Assembly (NCBI GenBank): GCA_013265495.1
Contig: MU058824.1
Coordinates: 4,677,111 to 4,741,110, forward strand
Direction: 5' to 3'
Source: Vicugna vicugna
Taxonomy: Eukaryota
Length of the DNA stretch: 64,000 bases
The translations under genes were made by a program, and so were the position numbers. Under the pieces are notes generated by a model. It was not told the DNA's origin. It worked only from the letters and a program-made list of their open reading frames with translations, and did not search any database. The number at the start of each line of letters is the position of its first letter. Within the stretch, counting starts at the first letter, position 1. Positions 33,261 through 45,200 of this stretch are shown here, in pieces.

Positions 33261-36200
33261 ATGGTTGCACTTTCGCTGAAGATCAGCATTGGGAATGTGG
33301 TGAAGACGATGCAGTTCGAGCCGTCCACCATGGTGTACGACGCCTGTCGCATCATCCGTGAGCGGATCCCAGAGGCCCTGGCTGGCCCCCGTGAGTCAGA
33401 CTACCCAGGTGGCTGGGGCGGGAGTTCCTTGGTCCTTTCTCATCCCCAGGCTTTTGGCCTTGGGAAATCACCCTGTTGTCCCCCAAGGCTGCTCATCCCT
33501 CAGGTCTGTGCTTCTTGGTTCCCTCTCTCCCCTTTAGGCCCAGGGCCACTGGGGAAATAATAAGGGGTAATGGTGCAGCCACTCAGCCATATTAGGGCCC
33601 CTATAAGTCTGAGATGATCCATCCTCTCTTTCAGCCAGCGACTTTGGGCTATTTCTGTCAGATGATGACCCCAAAAAGGGTATATGGCTGGAGGCCGGGA
33701 AAGCTTTGGATTACTACATGCTCCGAAATGGGGTGAGTATCACTTCATCAAGGACCACCAACATCTTCTCCCGTCACTTCCCCCCTTCCTCCTCCTGTTT
33801 TCAGCACCCATATCTGTTGTCTCTGACCTCTCCCATGCTTTCTTTCCACTCCAGGCAGTTGTAGCTTTCAAGTGAGCCACCATAGTCTTCCTTTTAGTAA
33901 TCTACTTTTCTCCCTTGTGGCTGCTTAAAAGGGAAGTAATAGCTTTAGTTTAAAGTGGGCCCCTACCTTCTATTCTTGCCTCAACAGGACACCATGGAGT
34001 ACAGGAAGAAACAGAGGCCCTTGAAGATCCGTATGCTGGACGGCACTGTGAAGACTGTCATGGTAGACGACTCTAAGACTGTCACCGACATGCTCATGAC
34101 CATCTGTGCCCGCATTGGTGAGGGGCTGGCAGGGCTGAGGGCTTGGCAGGGAGGTCCAAGCTCTGCCAGAGGAAGTGAGTGCGGTGTCTGGGATGCTGCC
34201 AACCCATCCACCCCTCTCCCCCAGGCATCACCAACCATGATGAATACTCTCTGGTTCGAGAGCTCATGGAGGAGAAAAAGGAGGAGGTGACAGGGACCTT
34301 ACGAAAGGACAAGACACTGCTGCGAGATGAAAAGAAGATGGAGAAACTGAAGCAGAAATTGCACACAGATGATGAGTGTAAGCAGAAATGAACAGGAGAG
34401 GGCATTAGAAAAAATTAGGGTGACAGGGGCAGCAGTTTGTGCATTATTTGTAGAGCGCTTGCTTTTACCAGGCACTCGTAAACACTGGGGTGCATCAGTA
34501 ATAAAACCCTACACTCACGGAACTTACATATTAGTGAGAGAAGGTGGGAAATAAACAAAAAGCCAGGGGCTAGATGGCGCAGGGGCCGGGGTGAGGGGGG
34601 GTTGACACTGAGAGGACTCTGTGTCCCAGTGAACTGGCTGGACCATGGCCGGACACTGAGGGAACAGGGAGTGGAGGAGCACGAGACGCTTCTGCTCCGG
34701 AGGAAGTTCTTCTACTCAGACCAGAATGTGGACTCCCGGGACCCTGTCCAGCTTAACCTTCTTTATGTGCAGGTGTGCAAAGGACTTGCCTGGGGTGAGA
34801 GGGGTGAGGAGGGGCAGAAGCACACTGAGGGGTATCCCTGCACCCCCCACAACACTGGCCTTCTTTCGCTGTGCTCCCAAGGCACGAGACGACATCCTGA
34901 ATGGCTCCCACCCTGTCTCCTTCGACAAGGCCTGTGAATTTGCTGGCTTCCAATGCCAGATCCAGTTTGGGCCCCACAATGAGCAGAAGCACAAAGCCGG
35001 CTTCCTTGAGTGAGTGACCCCCATTCTGTGCCCTGTCAGGGCTCAGGACTCCCTCCCATTGTGACCCCAGGGGGCCTGTCTCCATCCCAGGCCTTCCCCT
35101 ATTTCCTCTTTCAAGGTACCAGGGTCTGACCCACATGGGTACCTTTTCAGTGTCCATCATCCATTTGTCTCCTCCCTGGCCCCATGTGGAATATCAATGT
35201 CTTTCAGATTCCCTGCTCCTGCCCCCTACCTCTGAAATAAGCATTTAATTTTTTTGAGATTCTCTGAAGAATTTTACCATGGTAGCCAGAGGGAAACAGG
35301 GTCCATTTTCATCACAGGGAACATCAGATCTCAAAAATCTCACAGGTCTCATCCACTGGTATTTCTCAGAATATGTAGAGTTTGGTGTGGCTTTCTCAGC
35401 TTCTTACAAGCATGGTTGTCCTTCTGGTGAGCTCCTTCTGCTCTTGGTTCCCTGAAATCGTGCTCTAGACCCTTTTTTCCTCAGGGAATGAGCCTCCAAG
35501 TCAAGTTCCCTCAGTCTGTTTCTCTGCAGGGAGAGACACAGGCTGCATTCAAGAGCAAATGCTAAGTCATCTTGATTACAGGGCATTCCAGGCTCTGTTT
35601 CCTCGAGTCTTCCTTCTCCCCAGAGATAACACTGTGTAACACTGTCCTAGACACTTCCTCACCCCCTAGACCCACAGTCCATGGCCCACATGTCCCTGAT
35701 GCTGTCCGCTACATGCTGACCCTCCCTTTTCTGGTGTAGCCTGAAGGACTTCCTGCCCAAGGAGTATGTGAAGCAGAAGGGAGAGCGTAAGATCTTCCAG
35801 GTGAATGGGGATAGGGGCAGGTGTTTGGGATGACCCGGGAACTTTGCTGTTTAATCCTGCTGACTAAATGGACCCCGCCCCCTCATTGTCACCCCTACCC
35901 CGCTTCCGCCTGCCAGGCTGTTCCCCCACCTCTCCTGTGCCAAGAAAGCAGAAGACCTGGGCTTCTAGTCTCAGCTGCATCACTGCATATGCTGTGGAAC
36001 TCAGTTCAATATTCTTGTTTTCTTCTCTTTACCTCTAACATGGGATAATGATACCTGCCCTGCGTAGGGTTGATAGGGGGTCAAATGAGATAGCACACCT
36101 GAAATCACTGTGAGGGGTATATCTTTGTACAAACGGAAGGTGTTATCCCCACTCTGAATCCTTAGCCCAAGAGGCCTTCTATTTGACGTTCCACTTCCTA

Positions 36201-39200
36201 CCTGTCCATTCATGTCTCCAGAATGTCTGCAAGTTCCTTAACTACATCCCTCGCTTCTTGAATCCTTGCTTCTGCAGAGCCCTTGTCAGCCCCATCCCGG
36301 CACCCTCTCATTTCTCATAGCCTGCACTCCCTAACCTTTCTGTGTTCCCATAATATTCTCCCATTATAGTTGACATCCCATCTTAACTGTTCGTCTTTGA
36401 TATCATTCTCCTCACATTTTGCCAAACCTTTACCCATTTCATATTTGAAGGCACACAAGAACTGTGGACAGATGAGTGAGATCGAGGCCAAGGTACGCTA
36501 CGTGAAGCTAGCCCGTTCCCTCAAGACATACGGCGTCTCCTTCTTCCTGGTTAAGGTGAGTCATGGACCCTTTTTCCTGCCCTCTCTTATTTCCACTCTT
36601 TCCCTTTCCTCTCCGAAGGTCTCTGACCCTGCCCTTGGTCACATTTCCCATCGTTCCCCATAAGTCCCATTCTCTTCCTTGTGAAAACTTGCCCGGTTGT
36701 CAGTCCTCCACCGCCACTCCCCTCCCTATCCTGCGTTTTCCCTCCCTTTCCCTTTATCCTAGCGTGGCCTTGTCCTAGGTCCATCCAGAGACACACCCTG
36801 GTTTAGCTCTCCTGCCCATCTCAGCACCCCTCTGTGGTCTAGATCTGATCCCCTGACCAGTAACACCAGCGACGGCCTCTACCTCACAGGAAAAGATGAA
36901 AGGAAAAAACAAGCTGGTGCCCAGGCTTCTGGGCATCACTAAGGAGTGTGTGATGCGAGTGGATGAGAAGACCAAAGAGGTGATCCAGGAATGGAACCTC
37001 ACAAACATCAAACGCTGGGCTGCCTCTCCCAAGAGCTTCACCCTGGTGAGCGGGGGGTGCTCAGGGAGAGAGGGCTTTGGAGTTTTGAGACAGGGCAGCT
37101 GCAGAGGTCTTCCCCTTCTCCAGGGGGTAGGTGCGCTGAATGTGGCTCCAGTAAAAAGGAGAACTTTGGAACTATTGCAGGAACCTGGAGGTTAGAATAG
37201 AGGAGAAATTTTCTGGAGAATGAGGGAAACTTAAATGAAACATTCTTTAAAATCAACAGAACAAAACTAACCAGCAAGCTGAGATCACAGGAATCTTGGG
37301 GAGAGGGAAGGAAAAAAGAGATAGAAAGAAAAATAAGCCTCCCCTCTTTCAGCAGCAGCTACTTACAGTAGTTCCCCCCTCTGGCTTTGTGTTTTGGTCT
37401 TATAAATTGAAAACTGATCCCACCTTGAGGAAGTGCCCCACTGAGAAAGAGAAATCTGTAAAGGTGGTTTCCCCTTTTGGATACTAATGCTGATCCTCAA
37501 CTGTGATCATTAATGAAAAATATGTCCTTCCAGTTTTATTGTCAGGGTGAGAGAAGAGAGATTTCCTAAATGGCTTATTTGAAACTGTGTAGCATAAAGA
37601 TCACTCCTTGACAATAAAGTATTTCCCTTCAAGAAAAATAAAGAATTAGAAGATTGAAGAAAGGTAGACTTCTTCCTTGGCATGGGAGGCCACCCCCATC
37701 AGCCCAGCCTTGGGCACCCACCTCGCCCTTTTCTGTTCTGGGTGGATTCAGGCTTTCCCACTGAACCCCCACCTTGTCCCCCTAGGATTTTGGGGACTAC
37801 CAGGATGGCTACTACTCAGTACAGACGACCGAGGGGGAGCAGATTGCACAGCTCATTGCTGGCTACATCGATATCATCCTTAAGAAGGTGAGCACTGCCT
37901 GCCTCGCCTTCTCCTTCTCCCCAAGCCAATCCTTTAGAAATGGGAATCCAGGTTCTGGAGAGTGGCTGACTGGGGAAAGAAGAGGCTGCTTTTCCACTTC
38001 CCTCTTCTTTAACTCTTGTTCTTTTTTTCTCCCTACAGAAAAAAAGCAAGGATCACTTTGGACTGGAGGGAGATGAGGAGTCTACTATGCTGGAGGACTC
38101 GGTCTCCCCCAAAAAGTAGGAAGTAGAGCTGGGCTGACCTCGTCCTTCTGGGGCAGGGAAGGCAGGACATGACTCCAAGGACTGTGAGGGGTGGGGGAGT
38201 CTTCAGGATGGTTCTTTACCTAGTCGCAGGCTGTAATGTGACCTCACGCACCTCCAGACCACAGGGCCTGTAGAGGTGGTAGAGCAGGGAGGGAAGGGGA
38301 CAGGAGGAGGCAGTCCTTGGAGTGCTCCCGATACGTCCCTCTCTAGGTCAACGGTCCTTCAGCAGCAGTATAACCGGGTGGGGAAGGTGGAGCACGGCTC
38401 CGTGGCCCTGCCTGCCATCATGCGCTCCGGAGCCTCTGGTCCTGAGAATTTCCAGGTGGGCAGCATGCCACCTGCCCAGCAGCAGATTACCAGTGGCCAG
38501 ATGCACCGAGGACACATGCCTCCTCTGGTAAGAGCACCCTCATGGCCCCCACTTGTCTGGGTCTAGCCAGGAGTTGGCAGTCGTTTCCCATGTCCCTGTA
38601 TGTATTCTGCTCCTTGGGCCCAGGCTCTCTTTTACCTTCTCTTTCCTCTAAGTGTTCCCTGTTCCTCCTCTGTCTGGTAGACGTCAGCCCAGCAGGCACT
38701 CACTGGAACCATCAACTCCAGCATGCAGGCTGTGCAGGCTGCCCAGGCCACTCTGGATGACTTTGACACTCTGCCCCCTCTGGGCCAGGATGCTGTAAGT
38801 ATGGGATGGAGGACAGGCTGACAGTACTGCAGCTGGGACTCCATGGAACAGGGTTGGGGTTGACTGGAGCAGAAGGGACCCTGAGGTTTGTTTCTCTTTC
38901 TCTCAGGCCTCGAAGGCCTGGCGTAAGAACAAGATGGATGAATCAAAGCATGAAATCCACTCCCAGGTAGACGCCATCACAGCTGGTACTGCCTCCGTGG
39001 TGAACCTGACAGCAGGTAGGCCGATGCCAAGCTTTGGGGGTGTATGGGGGAGGCGGAAGGTGAGCATGTGCAAGCATGAGTGTGACGCTCGGTGTGACTG
39101 CACCTTGACTCATGGAAGGGACTGTGTGTGTACGTGTCACTCAGGACATGTGTGTGACTAACTGCCTATGACTGTGCTCCTCCCAGCCCTCCGTCTAGCC

Positions 39201-42200
39201 TGCTCTGTCCCTCACACATGCTCCTCTTCCTCCTCCTCCCCCAGGGGACCCTGCAGAGACAGACTATACCGCAGTTGGCTGTGCAGTCACCACAATCTCC
39301 TCCAACCTGACGGAGATGTCCCGCGGCGTGAAGCTGCTGGCTGCCCTGCTGGAGGACGAGGGCGGCAGTGGCCGGCCCCTGCTGCAGGCAGCCAAGGGCC
39401 TGGCAGGGGCGGTGTCAGAACTGCTGCGCAGTGCCCAGCCGGCCAGCGCTGAGGTCAGGGCCCATGGGGCTGGCACTAGGGAGGAGAGCGGGTTCAAGCC
39501 CAAGGAGGAGAGGCCAGTCCAAGTTGCGTGATGGGAGTGTGAGACCCATGGGCATGTAGGACCCATGGGTAGGGACTGGGCAGCTTCTGACCGGTGTCTA
39601 CTCTCCACAGCCCCGTCAGAACCTGCTGCAAGCAGCTGGGAACGTGGGCCAGGCCAGTGGGGAGCTGTTGCAGCAAATTGGGGAAAGCGATACTGACCCC
39701 CACTTCCAGGTTGGTGACTTACCCAACCCCAGAACCCCAGTTTCTAGGAGGTAGTCTCTGATCCTGAATCCAGCTCCTAGTCCTGCTACTATAAATTGAC
39801 CCCTCAGACCAGCCTGAACCTCTGTTTCCAGGAGATGACACTGGGAACCTCTAGTCCCTTTTTTGGGGATGAGAATTCAGAAACCCTGAATCCAAACTTA
39901 ACCAACTAGTTTACCCTTGGCCCTTATTGGTGATATTTTTAGCTGCCTGTCCTCTTTCTCTGTCTTCCCCATATGTAGCCCTCACCCTAACTTGAGGGCA
40001 TCTTGATCCCCACCTTCCAGCCCTTTAGACCACACACCTTGAGGACGCTGTTCCTCTAGCTCCCCCTTCCCCACCTCATGCCAGTTTCCTCAGCTGACTT
40101 GTCATCCTGGATTTCCTACACAGATATGTGCACCCAGAGGGGCTGGGGTTCGATCTCCCCCCGATCCCCCCACGGTAACGGCCTCTGGCCTGGGCCTTCC
40201 CAGCTTTGTTCTCTCTGAGCCGCATACACTCGCTTCTGCCCCCTCCCCTGTCCCCCTGGGGGAGCAGAACATGCCAGGAGCTGGGGAGGCAGCCACAGGC
40301 AGGACTTGAGAAAATGGGGTCGTGGAGGGTAGTACAGGGGCTTGTTCTCAAGACTCCAGGGTGACTGTTTCCAACCAAGATTGAGAAGAAATGGAGAAAA
40401 GAAGCTGAGGGGGTAGGTGGGACCCCAAGAGGTACCTCCTCCCTCCATCCCATTGTAACAGCGCTGCCCTCCCTCCCCAGCGCGGTCCGAGTGTATCCGC
40501 CTCATGCATTTCCCCCTTTGGTGTAGGCTCTGTTTCTCTTGGTGTGGGTTTGTTCCTCGGTGTAGGTTCTGTCCTACTTGGTGCTCGAGGCAGGGGCTTG
40601 GGGTAGGTTCTGGTTGCTCTGTACATACTGCTCTGTGATTGGAGTCAGTGGGAATAATGAAACAGCTTATGCGTCCAAGAAGGGTCCATGGATCCCAGGC
40701 CCGATCCCGATCCCAGGCCATGCTGACTGCTGTTTTCTCACAGGACGTGCTCATGCAACTAGCCAAGGCCGTGGCAAGTGCTGCAGCTGCCCTGGTCCTC
40801 AAGGCCAAGAGTGTGGCCCAGCGGGCTGAGGACTCGGGGCTTCAGACCCAGGTTATTGCTGCAGCAACACAGTGTGCCCTGTCCACCTCCCAGCTGGTGG
40901 CCTGTACCAAGGTGAGCCCCGAAAGCTTCTCCAGCCTGTGCCGAGTGGTGTTGCTACCACGAACGCAAGAGCTTCTCACTTCATTTCTTTGACCCCGGAG
41001 GCCTCACTCTGCAGCCTGACAACTACTGTGAACACCACAAACACTTCACCTCACAACTCATTTCTCTTGCCTACATCTCTGAAACTCAGTTTGCCCACAG
41101 GTGGTGGCACCTACAATCAGCTCTCCCGTCTGCCAAGAGCAACTGGTGGAGGCCGGACGACTTGTGGCCAAGGCCGTGGAAGGCTGTGTGTCCGCCTCCC
41201 AGGCAGCCACAGAAGATGGGCAGCTGTTGCGGGGGGTAGGAGCGGCAGCCACAGCCGTCACGCAGGCCCTGAATGAGCTGCTGCAGCATGTGAGGGCCCA
41301 CGCCACAGGGGCTGGGCCTGCTGGCCGTTATGACCAGGCCACTGACACCATCCTCACTGTCACCGAGAACATCTTTAGCTCCATGGGTGATGCTGGTAAG
41401 GACAGCCCCCACCCTTTCAAGAAGACAGAGAACCCCAGTGAGGTTCCTCAAGGCCCAGTATGCTGGGTGTTTAATCTCTGAAACTTCTGGTTCCCCATCT
41501 GCAAAGCAGGAATATAATCTCTGCCTTCTTTGGTCCATTTAAAAAACATTCCAAAGTATATACAAAAATAGATGGAAAGAGGCATTATTAAGAGACTGCC
41601 ATGCCCACCGCACTCCCTCACCCCTCAAATCCTTCACAAAGATTCTCATCCTCTCAAGACTGCTGAAAATACGCACTGGAGACTGTCTTTCCCTTCATCA
41701 AAGCCCACCAGGAAATTTATTCCTTTCTGAGAGCCTAAACTCAGAAAATAATAACTCCAGGGAAATCACTCAGAGAACTTTCATGTCTCCTTACTGTCCC
41801 CAAAAGCCCTGTCTGCCTTGTCTTCCCCCACTCCCGACACCCTCTCAGTGTCTCTGGCTTCCTTCCCTGACTGTGCCTGTGCTCCCAGGTGAGATGGTGC
41901 GACAGGCCCGCATCCTAGCCCAAGCCACCTCTGACCTGGTCAATGCCATCAAGGCTGATGCTGAGGGGGAGAGTGACCTGGAGAATTCCCGCAAGCTATT
42001 AAGCGCCGCCAAGATCCTGGCCGATGCCACAGCCAAGATGGTGGAGGCTGCCAAGGTACAGATCCTTCTGTGCAGACCCCCAGACTGGGCCTTGCAGGGA
42101 CATAGAAAGGTCCAGATGGGTCATCCTCATCTGATGGGAGGGACTCAGGAAAAGCAGAAGATACAGAAGAACAAACATAGGAGCACTGAGGAAGTACATG

Positions 42201-45200
42201 CTCCCCTAGGCGGTGGTGGATGGCGCCAGGCTTCCAGCCAGTGTGACTCCCAGAGTCCTCACTGACAGGAAACTGTACATTTTCTTCTTCTAAGTCCGAG
42301 GCCTGCTATTCCCTCTTCCCTACTTTGCTGCCACCACTTGCCTGCTTCCTGGATCCCTCTGCTTTCTGGTCTCCTGTGAAAGCACATAGGCTTTCAGTTC
42401 CAGGGGTCTGCTGCTAGCAGAACAGAGAAAGACAAAGCAATGGGCCACAGGGGTGTAAGGGTGCAGAAGACTGTCAGGAAGATGCCCCTGGGCTTGGGGG
42501 CTCTTCAGTTTGCAGGAGTCACCAGGGCCCCTGCTTTGGTATCCCTGAGATCCCTGCTGTAAACTGCATCTTCCTTGTCCCAGGGAGCCCTGCTCACCCC
42601 CATTTGTTGGTGGTATGTTTTGGGGAGTAGGAGAAGAAACATGGCCTCTTCCCCAAAAAGGGGAAGCAGGAATAATTCCACCTAAGGAAGGGATTTCAGC
42701 ATCCCAAAGGGAAGCCAGGGCCTCCTGAGGCTCCCCACTTGCCCATTTCAGGCAACTCATCCCAACCATGATTACCTTCCAGTGGGGATAGAAGTGACTT
42801 CAGGAAAATAAGTCTGAGTCTGGAGGGGTCAGAGAAAAGCTTATTTAGGGTCCACAGGGATGCTGGATGATAACTGTCCCTCTCGCCACCTCTCAGGGAG
42901 CAGCTGCCCACCCTGACAGTGAGGAGCAGCAGCAGAGGCTGCGGGAGGCAGCTGAGGGTCTCCGCATGGCGACCAATGCAGCTGCGCAGAATGCCATCAA
43001 GAAAAAGCTCGTGCAGCGCCTGGAGGTAAGGCTGGGAAATACAGCAGTGTAGGTGCTGTGGGAGGAAGGAAACCGGGAAGGACGTGCGGAGAGAGCATCC
43101 GTTAATATTTCTTTGAGGGATAGTGTGGCCAGGATAAGCCAGGGACAGGGTACAGGAATGCCTGGGGCTGGTCATCACTATTCTGTCCTTACAGCACGCA
43201 GCCAAGCAGGCTGCAGCCTCAGCTACACAGACCATCGCTGCGGCCCAACATGCAGCCTCCACCCCCAAGGCCTCTGCTGGTCCCCAGCCCCTGCTGGTGC
43301 AGAGCTGCAAGGTGAGACTCCAGGAAGTGTACGGGGGCGGGAGGAAGTGTGGGAGGAGGGGGACTTTCCCCCAGCCTGTGGGGAAGTGGCTCTTATAACA
43401 TTTTCACCTACAGGCTGTGGCAGAGCAGATTCCACTGCTGGTGCAGGGCGTCCGAGGGAGCCAAGCCCAGCCTGACAGTCCCAGTGCTCAGCTAGCCCTC
43501 ATTGCTGCCAGCCAGAGCTTCCTGCAGGCAAGGCACCCTCTGCCCACGTCTCAGCCCAGGCCCTTCCCACTCCTCTAAGACCTCTAAGATTTAATCAGAT
43601 TAACCCTCTGCCAATAGCCTCTTCCCCAGTACTGAGCTCCAGTGAGGGCATAAGGTACACTTCATCTACCCTCCTGTTCCCCAACAGCCAGGTGGGAAGA
43701 TGGTGGCAGCTGCGAAGGCCTCCGTACCAACAATTCAGGACCAGGCTTCGGCCATGCAGCTGAGTCAGTGTGCTAAAAACCTTGGCACCGCATTGGCTGA
43801 ACTGCGTACCGCTGCCCAGAAGGTATGGGAGCTGACTCGCTTCTTTGGAAGTTGAGAGTGGAGCCCTGGGATCATGGAGCATCTGTGCAGAATACCCTAA
43901 AGTGGATAACTGTGCAACCTGAGGCATCAGTGAGATACAGCTGTACCTCCTACACCTCAAACCCCATATCTTTGTAGGCTCAGGAAGCATGTGGGCCTTT
44001 GGAGATGGATTCTGCTCTGAGTGTGGTCCAGAATCTAGAGAGAGACCTGCAGGAAGTGAAGGCAGCAGCTCGAGATGGCAAGCTGAAACCCCTACCTGGG
44101 GAGACAGTACGTATTCATAAGACCTCATTCTTACTCAAACCCTGAAGTCTTCCTTCCCACCTGTGCCCCAGAGCTGCCCAGAACATCACTTAAACTGCCA
44201 GCTGTCCCCAAGTAGCTTCTCAAGTTCCATCTTCCCCATTCCTTCTGCATCTGTGCCCCTGAGTCTCCCCCTTCATCTCTAGATGGAGAAATGTGCCCAG
44301 GACCTGGGCAACAGCACCAAAGCAGTGAGCTCCGCAATCGCCCAGCTCCTGGGAGAGGTTGCCCAGGGCAATGAGAATTATGCAGGTACGTGGGCAGGGC
44401 CAGGAGTGGGGCATGTGGTGAGGAGGATGGGGGAATAGGAGCTGGATAAGGGATGGGACTGATAGGAAACAGCCAGCATCAAGGCCTGACGGTGAGGGTA
44501 CCTTCTCCCTTCCTTCCTCTCTCCTCGTCTCCTACCCCAGGTATTGCAGCTCGAGATGTGGCAGGTGGGCTGCGGTCCTTGGCCCAAGCTGCCAGGGGTG
44601 TAGCTGCCCTGACATCAGACCCTGCGGTGCAAGCCATCGTGCTCGACACAGCCAGTGATGTACTGGACAAGGCCAGCAGCCTCATCGAGGAGGCGAAAAA
44701 GGCAGCTGGCCATCCGGGGGACCCTGAGAGCCAGCAGAGGCTTGCCCAGGTCAGGTATTGGGACGGGGCCACTTCCTCCCTCTCCCCCAGATCCCAGCAG
44801 AAGGCCCACCCTGCCTGGAGAGAATCTCATCTGCAGTGACAGCTCCTCTCTGGATTCTACCCTTCCTTCTCTCAGTCTTAGTATAAGCGTCTCAGCTAGA
44901 CTGAGGAAGGGGCTGCGCTAAACACCACATTTGGACACCATTACTTGATACCCTGACTACAGCCTGTTCAGCTACAACACCCCCTCTTTCTGCTTTCACT
45001 TTCAGAGGCTCCCATGTCCCATGAGTGGAGGAGGGGATCTCCCAACTATTTCCGTTTTGGCAACCCCCATCTCCTTTCCTACCTCAGGTGGCCAAAGCAG
45101 TGACCCAGGCCCTGAACCGTTGCGTCAGCTGCCTGCCTGGCCAGCGCGATGTGGACAATGCCCTGAGAGCAGTGGGAGATGCCAGCAAGCGACTCCTAAG

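Noticed and set aside
40481-40520. Second cryptic exon after CCCTCCCCAG in TLN1 intron 17
   Set aside because: The nearest donors give 10 or 40 nt (frameshifting) and are weak.
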